Positions 1 through 8,967 of a stretch of DNA of 64,000 bases are shown in pieces. The notes below the pieces were generated by a model that saw only the letters and a list, made by a program, of their open reading frames with translations, was not told the DNA's origin and ran no database searches. The position numbers were made by a program, and so were the translations under genes. This DNA comes from Chitinophagales bacterium (lineage in GTDB: Bacteria; Bacteroidota; Bacteroidia; Chitinophagales; Chitinophagaceae): NCBI GenBank assembly GCA_038256495.1, contig JBBSKH010000003.1:1929-65928 (forward strand), written 5' to 3'. The stretch's first letter is position 1; each line of letters opens with the position of its first letter.

Positions 1-1
1 G

Positions 2-487
2 GATCACTACAATATGGTGCACTCATTGGTGATAAACAATAACGGAAGTGCTGATGATGCTGCTGATATCTTCCAGGAACTGATGATTGTACTGTTTGAG
101 AAGGCAAAATCTGGCAACTTTGAGTTACACTGCCAGTTAAAGACCTTCATTTATGCTGTCAGTCGAAGATTATGGCTAAAAAAACTGTCGCAATCTCAGC
201 GTTTCCTGGTTTCGGCCGATGAAATGGGTGAGGTGGTGTCAGTAGATGAAGATATAGAGGTGCACGAACAGCGGCAGGCCGAATTCAATATAATGGAAAA
301 TGCCCTTAGTAAGATAGGTGAACCCTGCAAGAGCCTCCTGGAAGCCTACTACTTACAAAAAAAACAAATGCAGGCCATTGCGGCCGATTTTGGATATACC
401 AATGCCGATAATGCAAAAACCCAGAAATACAAATGTCTTGTGAGATTGAAAAAATTGTTTTTTGCACAATATAAAAATGTAGATTAA
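2..487 (+). CDS. ECF-type RNA polymerase sigma-70 factor (N-terminus probably cut by the window edge)
   Basis: The reading frame is open back to nt 2. It has a region-2-like segment (DDAADIFQELMIVLFEK) and a region-4 HTH-like segment (KQMQAIAADFGYTNADNAKTQKYKCLVRLK). Its stop overlaps the next start (TAATG). Confidence 0.8.
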   Translation, partial: DHYNMVHSLVINNNGSADDAADIFQELMIVLFEKAKSGNFELHCQLKTFIYAVSRRLWLKKLSQSQRFLVSADEMGEVVSVDEDIEVHEQRQAEFNIMENALSKIGEPCKSLLEAYYLQKKQMQAIAADFGYTNADNAKTQKYKCLVRLKKLFFAQYKNVD

Positions 488-1599
488 TGGAAGACTCTTT
501 ACTAGCGGATGCGATTGAAAGATTTGTGCGGGGAGAAATGACTCCGCAGGAGAAATTGTATTTTGAAGACCTTAGGAAAAATAACCCTGAATTAGACCAG
601 TCAGTTGTAGAACATATGTTCTTTTTAAACCAACTGGATAAGTTTGCGGCCACCAAAAGCTTTAAACACAGTTTACACGAAGTGGAAAATAAACTGGCCG
701 ATGATGCCTTTGTTTTCCGTGCCGGGCCTACAGGCAAGGCCAAAGTGGTTCAGTTATGGCATAAATACAAGCGCACCGTTGCGGTGGCAGCCTCTATTGC
801 CGGATTGGTATCTTTATTTATTGCCAGCCTTATTTCTGCGGTAAATACTAATAAAACTACCAACATCAAGCCTTTGGTAGATAAGATCAACATCCAGGAA
901 CATAAAACCAGGCAGATAGAGAATAAGTTGAACCGCCTGGAAGCCGATAAAGCAGAAGTGATCACTCCAAGATTTGAAGAAAAATTCAGGGGAACAGGTT
1001 TCCTGATTGATGTGAACAACAATTATATCATCACCAATGCTCACGTAGCAAGGGAAGGCAGGAACCAGTTGATCATTGAGAATTCAAAAGGGGAGCAGTT
1101 TGCGGCTAGTGCCGTTTATGTAGATCAGGAGAGGGATATTGCCATCCTGAAAGTAAATGATGATAAATTTAAGAAATTGCCTCCTATCCCTTTTAATATA
1201 ACGAAAACATACCCCGACCTGGGAGAGCAAGTATTTATGCTGGGCTTTCCAAAACAGGAAATTGTATATGGCGAAGGCTATGTAAGTGCTAAGAATGGTT
1301 ACCAGATGGATACCATCTACTGCCAGTTAAATACGGAAGCCAACGAAGGCAGCAGCGGCTCGCCGGTGGTTAACCGCCATGGCGACCTTGTTGGTATCCT
1401 TACCAGCACAGAGCAGAATGCGCAGGGTGTTGTGTACGCCATTAAAGCGGCTAACATCTTCAGGGCGGTAGAAGCGGCTAAAAAAATAGATGCTAACAGC
1501 GCTATCAAGATCACCTCAACACCGGGCCTGAAAGGATTAACCAGGCAGAACCAGATTAAAAAAATGGAAGATTATGTTTTCATGATCAAAGGAAATTAA
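487..1599 (+). CDS. Membrane-anchored anti-sigma-like protein fused to a trypsin-like (S1/HtrA-type) serine protease domain
   Basis: It is translationally coupled to the sigma factor. It has a short cytoplasmic N-domain, one TM helix (TVAVAASIAGLVSLFIASLISAV) and a coiled-coil stretch. The protease domain has GTGFLID..ITNAHV (His), ERDIAILKV (Asp) and GSSGSPVV (Ser). Confidence 0.75.
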   Translation: MEDSLLADAIERFVRGEMTPQEKLYFEDLRKNNPELDQSVVEHMFFLNQLDKFAATKSFKHSLHEVENKLADDAFVFRAGPTGKAKVVQLWHKYKRTVAVAASIAGLVSLFIASLISAVNTNKTTNIKPLVDKINIQEHKTRQIENKLNRLEADKAEVITPRFEEKFRGTGFLIDVNNNYIITNAHVAREGRNQLIIENSKGEQFAASAVYVDQERDIAILKVNDDKFKKLPPIPFNITKTYPDLGEQVFMLGFPKQEIVYGEGYVSAKNGYQMDTIYCQLNTEANEGSSGSPVVNRHGDLVGILTSTEQNAQGVVYAIKAANIFRAVEAAKKIDANSAIKITSTPGLKGLTRQNQIKKMEDYVFMIKGN

Positions 1600-1621
1600 T
1601 AATTAACCTTTTTATATTGAA

Positions 1622-1650
1622 AGCGCTCCTGACCGGGAGCGCTTTTTTTG
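1622..1650 (+). terminator. Rho-independent terminator
   Basis: Stem AGCGCTCC, loop tgaccg, stem GGAGCGCT, followed by TTTTTTT. Confidence 0.85.
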
Positions 1651-1765
1651 TCTGCAACTTTTTTAAGGAACCGTTTTTGATTTAACAAATATGATCTACA
1701 GAACATTCGCCGGATATAACGGTTATAATTTTTTATATTTAAGTAATCTCATAAAACAAATTATT

Positions 1766-2047
1766 ATGAAAGCAATTTGGAACGACACGGTTATTGCAGA
1801 AAGCGATAGTACCATAGTAGTAGAAAACAACCATTATTTTCCCCCAGGTAGTGTAAAAAAAGAATACCTAAACACTAGTAACACCCACAGTACCTGCCCC
1901 TGGAAAGGCGAAGCATCTTATTACAGCGTAGAAGTAAACGGAGATACAATCAAAGATGCTGCATGGTACTACCCATCTCCAAAAGACGCAGCAACCAATA
2001 TTAAAGATCATGTGGCATTCTGGAAAGGCGTTAAAATTGAAAATTAA
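1766..2047 (+). CDS. DUF427 domain protein
   Basis: Typical DUF427 pattern: WNDTVIAESD..VVENNHYFPP..STCPWKGEASYYSV..DAAWYYPSPK..HVAFW. I placed the start at the internal ATG 1766, because the upstream extension looks non-coding. Confidence 0.75.
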   Translation: MKAIWNDTVIAESDSTIVVENNHYFPPGSVKKEYLNTSNTHSTCPWKGEASYYSVEVNGDTIKDAAWYYPSPKDAATNIKDHVAFWKGVKIEN

Positions 2048-2052
2048 TTTAC

Positions 2053-3432
2053 ATGGATCATTACGACGCAATAATAATCGGATCAGGGCAGGCAGGTACA
2101 CCATTGAGCAAAAAGCTGGCTAAGCATGGCTGGAAAACAGCGCTTGTAGAAAAGCAATATATAGGTGGTACCTGTGTAAACGTTGGCTGCACGCCTACCA
2201 AAACAATGATCGCATCTGCCCGGGCTGCATACGATATTGCACGGGCCGGCGATTTGGGTATTGAAGTGAGCAGCTACAGCATAGACATGCCTCACATTAT
2301 TCAGCGCAAGAATGACGTAGTAAAAAAATTTAATGAAGGCTCACAAAAAGGATTGGAGGCAACCGATGGGCTGGATATTTTATTTGGTGAAGCAAGTTTC
2401 CGTGACAAACACAGCATCGAGGTTGCCATGAATGATGGCAGCAAGAGATCGTTATCTGCCGACCATATTTTTATTAATGCAGGTGCAAGACCCAGCATTC
2501 CCTCCATTAAAGGATTGGAGGAAATTGATTATTTCACTTCCGATAATATCATGGATTGCGAATCTATTCCTGACCACCTGCTGATTATTGGCGGTGCTTA
2601 CATTGGGCTTGAGTTTGGACAGATGTACCGGCGCTTCGGTAGTGAAGTAACCGTGCTGGAGTACGGTGACCGTTTCCTGGGAAGAGAAGATGAAGATATC
2701 GGCAAAGCGATACAAGATATTTTAACCGAAGAAGGGATCGCCATACATACCAATGCAAAAACGGTTTCGTTTGAGAAAAATGCTGGTAGCATTCATGCTT
2801 CAGTAACTATTAACGATAAGGCCTCCAGCATTGCATGCAGCCATGTGCTGCTGGCCGCAGGCAGGCAACCAAATTCTGATACACTAAACCTTTCAGCCGC
2901 AGGCATTGAAACAACAGAGGAAGGCTACATTAAAGTAAATGACCTGCTGGAAACCAATGTGGCAGGTATTTATGCATTGGGAGATATTAAAGGTGGGCCT
3001 GAGTTTACCCATATCTCCTATAATGACCACCTGGTTGTTTTTAATAACATTACCAATAAAACAAAAGAAGATATCAGCAAACGTATGGTGCCTTATTGCA
3101 TGTTTACTGATCCGCAGTTGGGACGCATTGGTATAACCGAAGCCATGGCAAAAGAACAGCAACTAAATTACAAAGTAGCTTCCATCCCCATGAAGAATGT
3201 AGCACGTGCCATTGAAACAGGCGATACCAGGGGATTGATGAAGGCTGTGGTAGATGCAGACAGCGGCCAGATACTTGGTGCGGCTATACTTGGCCGTGAG
3301 GGAGGCGAAGTAATGACCGTGTTGCAGATGGCGATGCTGGGAAAAATAACCTGGCAGCAGATTAGTGAATTGCCTATAGCCCACCCATTATATGCAGAAT
3401 CCCTGAACAATCTTTTTATGGAACTAGCATAA
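2053..3432 (+). CDS. Class I pyridine nucleotide-disulfide oxidoreductase (FAD/NAD(P)H, redox-active CxxxxC; RclA/GR/MerA-like core, not a true MerA)
   Basis: FAD-binding GxGxxG (IIGSGQAG), redox disulfide GGTCVNVGCTPTK, a second dinucleotide fold (LLIIGGAYIGLE), and a C-terminal dimerisation His-Glu motif (AHPLYAE). There is no C-terminal Cys pair and no NmerA domain. Confidence 0.8.
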   Translation: MDHYDAIIIGSGQAGTPLSKKLAKHGWKTALVEKQYIGGTCVNVGCTPTKTMIASARAAYDIARAGDLGIEVSSYSIDMPHIIQRKNDVVKKFNEGSQKGLEATDGLDILFGEASFRDKHSIEVAMNDGSKRSLSADHIFINAGARPSIPSIKGLEEIDYFTSDNIMDCESIPDHLLIIGGAYIGLEFGQMYRRFGSEVTVLEYGDRFLGREDEDIGKAIQDILTEEGIAIHTNAKTVSFEKNAGSIHASVTINDKASSIACSHVLLAAGRQPNSDTLNLSAAGIETTEEGYIKVNDLLETNVAGIYALGDIKGGPEFTHISYNDHLVVFNNITNKTKEDISKRMVPYCMFTDPQLGRIGITEAMAKEQQLNYKVASIPMKNVARAIETGDTRGLMKAVVDADSGQILGAAILGREGGEVMTVLQMAMLGKITWQQISELPIAHPLYAESLNNLFMELA

Positions 3433-3437
3433 TTAGC

Positions 3438-4388
3438 ATGATAAAACTCAGCCACGTAAGCAAACAATTTGGTGAAACCCTGGCGGTAAAGGATGTTTCT
3501 TTAGAAGTGGCCGAGGGCGAAACGCTTGCTATATTAGGTACCAGCGGCAGCGGCAAAACTACTTTGCTTCGTATGCTCAACAGGTTGATAGATGCCAGCT
3601 CTGGCGAAATTTTCATCAACAACAAAAACATTGCAACACAGGAAGCCGAAACCTTGCGGCGTAGCATTGGCTATGTATTGCAGGGCTATGGCTTGTTTCC
3701 GCATTATACCGTTGCAGAAAATATTGCAGTTGTACCAAGGCTGTTGCATTGGCCTGAAGCAACCATAAAAGACCGCACAAGGGAACTGCTGCAAAAGCTG
3801 CAGCTTCCCCCGGAACAATACAGCAATGCATACCCCAACGCATTAAGTGGCGGGCAAAAACAACGGGTTGGCCTTGCCAGGGCGCTGGCTGCCGATCCAC
3901 CGATATTATTGATGGATGAACCCTTTGGTGCATTAGATCCTTTAACAAGAGCCGAAGTAAAAAAATCGTTTAAAGCGCTGGACGAACTCAAGAAAAAAAC
4001 CATCATCCTGGTAACGCATGATGTATCGGAAGCTTTTGAATTAGGCAGCCGCATTGCTTTAATGGATAAGGGCGCTTTGCTGCAAATAGGCAATGCTGCA
4101 GAATTGCTTTTTGAACCAGACGGTAATTTTGTGCGCTCGTTTCTGGAACAGCAAAAACTGCAACTAACATTACAGCACCTCACTTTACAAAACATCTGGG
4201 AACAACTGCCTGATGCTATTTTAGACAAAGAAACTTTTTTGCAGCCACATCAAACGCTTTGGGAAGCTATGGAACTGTTGGCGCAATCAGGCGAGCAAAT
4301 TTATATTAAAGCCAGCATCGGCACAACAAACAAAATGATCTGTTTTGCGGAGATTGGCAGGGTACTTCAAAACAGCAACCAACGGTAA
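3438..4388 (+). CDS. ABC transporter ATP-binding protein, osmoprotectant/quaternary-amine (OpuCA/EgtV-like) type
   Basis: Walker A GTSGSGKTT, signature LSGGQKQRV, Walker B ILLMDEPF, and a C-terminal CBS-like extension. Confidence 0.85.
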   Translation: MIKLSHVSKQFGETLAVKDVSLEVAEGETLAILGTSGSGKTTLLRMLNRLIDASSGEIFINNKNIATQEAETLRRSIGYVLQGYGLFPHYTVAENIAVVPRLLHWPEATIKDRTRELLQKLQLPPEQYSNAYPNALSGGQKQRVGLARALAADPPILLMDEPFGALDPLTRAEVKKSFKALDELKKKTIILVTHDVSEAFELGSRIALMDKGALLQIGNAAELLFEPDGNFVRSFLEQQKLQLTLQHLTLQNIWEQLPDAILDKETFLQPHQTLWEAMELLAQSGEQIYIKASIGTTNKMICFAEIGRVLQNSNQR

Positions 4389-4392
4389 CAGT

Positions 4393-5958
4393 ATGCAGCA
4401 ACAACAATCCCTTTGGCAATTTATGCTGCAGCAGTCAGACAAACTGTTGCAGCAAACGCTTACCCATATTGGCCTCACTTTTATTTCCTTGTTTATTGCC
4501 GTTTGCATCGGGCTTCCATTGGGTATCTGGATAACCAGAAAGAAAAAAATGGCTGCGTTTGTGTTAGGGTTTGCAGGCGTTTTACAAACCATTCCATCCA
4601 TTGCCTTATTAGGTTTCCTGATACCGGTTTTGGGGATTGGTGCATTGCCCGCTATCGCCGCTTTATTTTTGTATGCATTGCTGCCCATCATCAGAAATAC
4701 TTATACAGGCATCATGCAGGTGGATGCTGCCGTAACAGATGCAGCAAAAGGCATGGGCTTGAATAACAGGCAGCTCTTACTAAAAGTGCAGCTTCCCTTG
4801 GCCATGCCGGTGATACTCGCAGGCATACGTACTGCCACGGTAATAAATGTAGGTGTGGCCACATTGGCTGCCTATATTGCTGCGGGTGGACTGGGCGAAT
4901 TTATTTTTGGAGGCATCGCTCTCAACAATACCAATATGATTTTGGCAGGTGCGATTCCCGCAGCATTGTTGGCTATTTTATTCGATTTCGGTTTATCCCT
5001 GTTGCAAAAAATGCAACTCCGGAAATTACATCAATCTATGTGGGCGTTACCGGTGCTGATGTTAGTGCTATCGTCTTTTTATATTATCCCCGCAAGCAGC
5101 AATCGTTTACTGGCAGGCTTTACGCCGGAATTTATTGGGCGACAGGATGGAGCCCTCGGCTTAAAAAATGTGTACGGCTTAAACATGCGTAGCGTAGTTA
5201 TCAGCGATGCTGTGATGTATAAAGCTGCCTACGAAAAAAAACTGGATGTCATCAGCGGCTATAGCACAGATGGCCGTTTGAAGGCCTTTAACCTGGTAAC
5301 ACTGCAGGATGATAAAACTATTTTTCCGCCCTACTATGCTGCACCGTTGGTGAGGGAAGGAGTGCTGCAACAATATCCTGAACTGGAGGGTATACTTAAC
5401 CAGTTGTCGGGAAAAATAAACGACAGCATTATGACCGAATTAAATTACCGGGTAGATTACCTGAAACAACTGCCCGAAAAAGTGGCCTTCGACTTCCTGG
5501 TAGAAAAAGGTTTGTATAAATCGCCCCAGAATGGGGAAAAAGGAACCATCAGGCTGGGCTCTAAAATATTTGGTGAACAATACATTCTGATAAATATGTA
5601 CGCTATGCTTATAAGGGGCAACAGTTTACTGAAGGTAGAAACCCGGACGGGCCTAGGTGGCACGAAAATTTGTTTTGATGCACTAACCAATAACCAAATA
5701 GATATGTACCCGGAATATACCGGAACTGGTTTGCTGGTGCTGTTGCAGCCATCGCAAAAAGAAATAGATGCAGTAATGGGCGACCCGGGGAAAACATACG
5801 ATTTTGTAAGATCCAGTTTCCTGCAGCGCTATCGGTTGCATTGGTTAGCACCAATTGGTTTTAATAATGCTTATGCCCTGATGATGCGAAGGCAACAGGC
5901 AACGGAGCTAGGGATAAAAACTATTTCTGACCTAAAACGTTATGTAGACAATGAGTGA
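4393..5958 (+). CDS. Fused ABC permease plus OpuC-type substrate-binding domain (OpuCB/CC or EgtU-like)
   Basis: The N-terminal half is polytopic with a BPD-type permease pattern. The C-terminal half carries the OpuAC/OpuCC-family motif DMYPEYTGTGL. I chose the start at ATG 4393, 4 nt after the ATPase stop. Confidence 0.8.
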   Translation: MQQQQSLWQFMLQQSDKLLQQTLTHIGLTFISLFIAVCIGLPLGIWITRKKKMAAFVLGFAGVLQTIPSIALLGFLIPVLGIGALPAIAALFLYALLPIIRNTYTGIMQVDAAVTDAAKGMGLNNRQLLLKVQLPLAMPVILAGIRTATVINVGVATLAAYIAAGGLGEFIFGGIALNNTNMILAGAIPAALLAILFDFGLSLLQKMQLRKLHQSMWALPVLMLVLSSFYIIPASSNRLLAGFTPEFIGRQDGALGLKNVYGLNMRSVVISDAVMYKAAYEKKLDVISGYSTDGRLKAFNLVTLQDDKTIFPPYYAAPLVREGVLQQYPELEGILNQLSGKINDSIMTELNYRVDYLKQLPEKVAFDFLVEKGLYKSPQNGEKGTIRLGSKIFGEQYILINMYAMLIRGNSLLKVETRTGLGGTKICFDALTNNQIDMYPEYTGTGLLVLLQPSQKEIDAVMGDPGKTYDFVRSSFLQRYRLHWLAPIGFNNAYALMMRRQQATELGIKTISDLKRYVDNE

Positions 5959-7123
5959 TTTATTAATAATGACGGAACTCTTACAACAGTACAAAAACAT
6001 TCGTAGCCATACGGAGGAAATTTGTGCACCACTAAAAACGGAAGACTATGTGGTGCAACCTGTGGTAGATGTAAGTCCGCCGAAGTGGCACCTTGGCCAT
6101 ACCACCTGGTTTTTTGAAACCTTTGTATTAAAACCTCATGCACCGGGTTACGAAGAATTTGATCCGAATTATGATTTTGTTTTCAACAGTTATTATGAGA
6201 GTGTTGGTGCACGGGTGATACGAACCGATCGTGGAAATCTTAGCCGGCCTTCAGTAGCAGATGTGTACCGTTACCGCAAATGGGTGGATGAAGCGATGAA
6301 CGATTTCTTGCAGGAAGAACCTTCGCCTGAACTAAAAGAAATAATAGCCCTGGGCTTCAACCACGAACAACAACACCAGGAATTGCTCTGGTCTGATATT
6401 AAATATATACTTGGCCACAATCCACTCTTTCCTGCTTACAATGAAAAAGGTATTGAGGAAGTTTCGCAAAATTCCGAAGTAGGATTTGTAAGCATACCGG
6501 AAGGCGTATACGAAATAGGATTTGAAGGCGATAGTTTTTGTTTTGACAATGAAAAGCAGCGGCATAAATATTACCTCCGATCATTTGACATCAGCAAAAA
6601 ATTGGTGACGAATGCTGAATTCATGGAATTTATTAATGATGGAGGTTACCAGGATTTTCGTTACTGGCACTCTGAGGGCTGGGAGTGGGTAAAAGCGAAT
6701 AATGTGAAGGCGCCGCTGTATTGGCACTTCGTAGATTACAAATGGCATTATTATAGTTTGAAAGGATTAGAACAAATAAACGACTATCAACCTGTGACGC
6801 ATATCAGCTATTTTGAAGCAACAGCCTTTGCCCAATGGAAAGGCATGCGTTTACCAACGGAAGCAGAATGGGAAGTGGCATCAGATAAATTTACCTGGGG
6901 GCAGCGTTGGGAATGGACGGAAAGTGCCTACCTGCCCTACCCTGGTTTTGGAAAAGCCGAAGGCGCCATTGGTGAATACAATGGCAAATTTATGGTGAAC
7001 CAAATGGTACTAAGGGGCGCTTCGGTTGCAACAGCAAAAGGACATAGCAGAAAAACATACCGTAACTTTTTTCCAACCAATTTACAATGGCAATACACAG
7101 GCATCAGGCTGGTGAAACCCTAG
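5951..7123 (+). CDS. egtB: Ergothioneine biosynthesis sulfoxide synthase EgtB (DinB-like plus FGE-sulfatase domains)
   Basis: DinB-type iron site (WHLGHTTWFFE, NHEQQHQELL) and a C-terminal FGE/SUMF1 domain (WEWTESAY..RGASVAT..TYRNFF..YTGIRLV). It overlaps the upstream permease by 8 nt. Confidence 0.8.
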   Translation: MSDLLIMTELLQQYKNIRSHTEEICAPLKTEDYVVQPVVDVSPPKWHLGHTTWFFETFVLKPHAPGYEEFDPNYDFVFNSYYESVGARVIRTDRGNLSRPSVADVYRYRKWVDEAMNDFLQEEPSPELKEIIALGFNHEQQHQELLWSDIKYILGHNPLFPAYNEKGIEEVSQNSEVGFVSIPEGVYEIGFEGDSFCFDNEKQRHKYYLRSFDISKKLVTNAEFMEFINDGGYQDFRYWHSEGWEWVKANNVKAPLYWHFVDYKWHYYSLKGLEQINDYQPVTHISYFEATAFAQWKGMRLPTEAEWEVASDKFTWGQRWEWTESAYLPYPGFGKAEGAIGEYNGKFMVNQMVLRGASVATAKGHSRKTYRNFFPTNLQWQYTGIRLVKP

Positions 7124-8073
7124 CCAATATAGAAAATACGTACAAAAAGGATGTACTGGAGGGATTGCAATCCTCTCCGAAATTCCTGCAGTCTAAATAC
7201 TTTTATGATGAGAAGGGCGATCAACTATTTGTTGACATCATGAACAGCCCGGAATATTATGTTACCCGCTGCGAAATGGATATTTTTAGAAATAAAACCG
7301 CAGCAATTGCAGCTGCTATCACTTCAAATAAAGAGCAGGCTTTTGATATTATAGAACTAGGTGCCGGTGATGCCACAAAAAGCACTCACCTGCTAAGATA
7401 CCTTGCCGAACAGGACTTTGACTATCGCTACTACCCCATCGACATTTCTAAAAATGTAATTCAGTTATTGACGAATGAACTGCCCGAACGCATAAAAGGA
7501 ATTGATGTACATGGCCTGCAAGGCGAGTACCTTCCTATGATAACAGAAGCTTATCAAATAAGTGATCGCCCAAAAGTTATTTTTTTCCTGGGTTCTAATA
7601 TTGGCAATTTTCAAAAGAAAGCGGCCCGCAATTTCCTCGAAAAAGTAAACGAACATATGAACGAGGGCGACAGGTTTGTGATGGGTGTAGATCTTGTAAA
7701 AAATCCAAAACAAATACTGGCAGCTTACAACGATGCAGATGGCATTACCAAAGCATTCAACCTGAACTTACTGGAGCGGATGAACAAGGAATTATCAGCA
7801 AATTTTGATGTGGACTGTTTTGATCATTATCCAACATACGACCCCATAACCGGTGAATGCCGCAGTTATATAATCAGCTTGCAAAAGCAACAGGTGGAGA
7901 TTGCCGGCACCCGCATTAGCTTCGATGAAAATGAACCGGTTTATATGGAACTCTCACAAAAATATAGAGTAGCAGAAATAAACCAAATGGCAACAGACGC
8001 TGGTTTTAAAACGGTTGCTATGCTATATGATCGAAATGAATGGTTTGTAGATGCCGTATGGGAAAAAGTTTAA
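7087..8073 (+). CDS. egtD: L-histidine N-alpha-methyltransferase EgtD
   Basis: Family signature PKFLQSKYFYDEKGDQLFVDIMNSPEYYVTRCE and SAM-binding motif ELGAGDATKS. It overlaps egtB by 37 nt if ATG 7087 is used, so the start is uncertain by a few codons. Confidence 0.8.
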   Translation: MAIHRHQAGETLANIENTYKKDVLEGLQSSPKFLQSKYFYDEKGDQLFVDIMNSPEYYVTRCEMDIFRNKTAAIAAAITSNKEQAFDIIELGAGDATKSTHLLRYLAEQDFDYRYYPIDISKNVIQLLTNELPERIKGIDVHGLQGEYLPMITEAYQISDRPKVIFFLGSNIGNFQKKAARNFLEKVNEHMNEGDRFVMGVDLVKNPKQILAAYNDADGITKAFNLNLLERMNKELSANFDVDCFDHYPTYDPITGECRSYIISLQKQQVEIAGTRISFDENEPVYMELSQKYRVAEINQMATDAGFKTVAMLYDRNEWFVDAVWEKV

Positions 8074-8777
8074 AGATCGCCTAACAGCGGACGCACCACT
8101 AATTCTTCAACGCATGCCTGTGGCGAAAGATGTGACGCTACATATACCATTTTAGCAATGTCTGCGGCTTCCATTATTCTTTTTGGATCTATATCAGATT
8201 TACTCCATGAATCAGTATAAGCGGCGCCGGGTAGCACATGTGTTACTTTAATTCCATAAGGTTTCATTTCTTCCCGCAGGTTTTTACTAAAACCATACAT
8301 GGCATACTTGCTGATGCTGTAAGCACCACCATTATTGTAAGCTTGCAGCGAAGCAATAGAGCAAATATTAAAAATGTGTCCTGCCTTTGCTTCCATCATC
8401 TGTGGCAGCAACATGCGGGTAAGGTGATAAGTGCCAAACAGGTTTACTGCCATCATCATTTCCAAGGCACCTGGCTCTTCATTGTGCACACTACCCGGTA
8501 AAAATATACCTGCATTATTTACTAAAATATCCACCTTGCCAACAGCTTTTAAAATCTTATCCGCAAAGGCTTGCAATTGCTCCCGGTCGGAAACATCGCA
8601 AACCTGTGTGTAAATATTGGTACGTGGAAAACGGCTCTGCAATTCCCTACCAGTAATTTCAAGCGATGCTTCATCCCTGGCACATAAAAAAAAGGTATGT
8701 CCTTGCTTATCATCTGCAAACTCCGTAGCAATCGCTTTACCCAGGCCCTTTGAGGCACCCGTAATAACTATATTCAT
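8070..8777 (-). CDS. SDR family oxidoreductase
   Basis: TGASKGLG cofactor motif, NNAG, and catalytic YSISK. It is convergent with egtD, with a 4-nt overlap. Confidence 0.85.
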   Translation of the reverse strand: MNIVITGASKGLGKAIATEFADDKQGHTFFLCARDEASLEITGRELQSRFPRTNIYTQVCDVSDREQLQAFADKILKAVGKVDILVNNAGIFLPGSVHNEEPGALEMMMAVNLFGTYHLTRMLLPQMMEAKAGHIFNICSIASLQAYNNGGAYSISKYAMYGFSKNLREEMKPYGIKVTHVLPGAAYTDSWSKSDIDPKRIMEAADIAKMVYVASHLSPQACVEELVVRPLLGDL

Positions 8778-8967
8778 TTCTTACAATTGTTTCGTGTAAA
8801 GTTAAGGTTACTGCTCTTATATTAATTTATTGTTGCCAGAAACAATCCGTTTGTAAAAAGTTTGCATTTTTAGTTTTAACTATATATTTTACTATTCCAT
8901 TCTTTTGTAAAGCCCCCCTTACACCGCTAAACACAGTAAATATATTATTCACTTTTAATCTTTTTTC

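Noticed and set aside
2053-3432. Mercuric reductase MerA, a common automatic annotation for this fold.
   Set aside because: It lacks the C-terminal Cys-Cys pair and the N-terminal HMA (NmerA) domain. No merR, merT or merP genes are nearby.
3704-4228. A 174-aa ORF antisense to the ABC ATPase gene.
   Set aside because: The sense strand carries unmistakable Walker A, signature and Walker B motifs. The antisense frame is Ser/Cys/Ala-rich noise.
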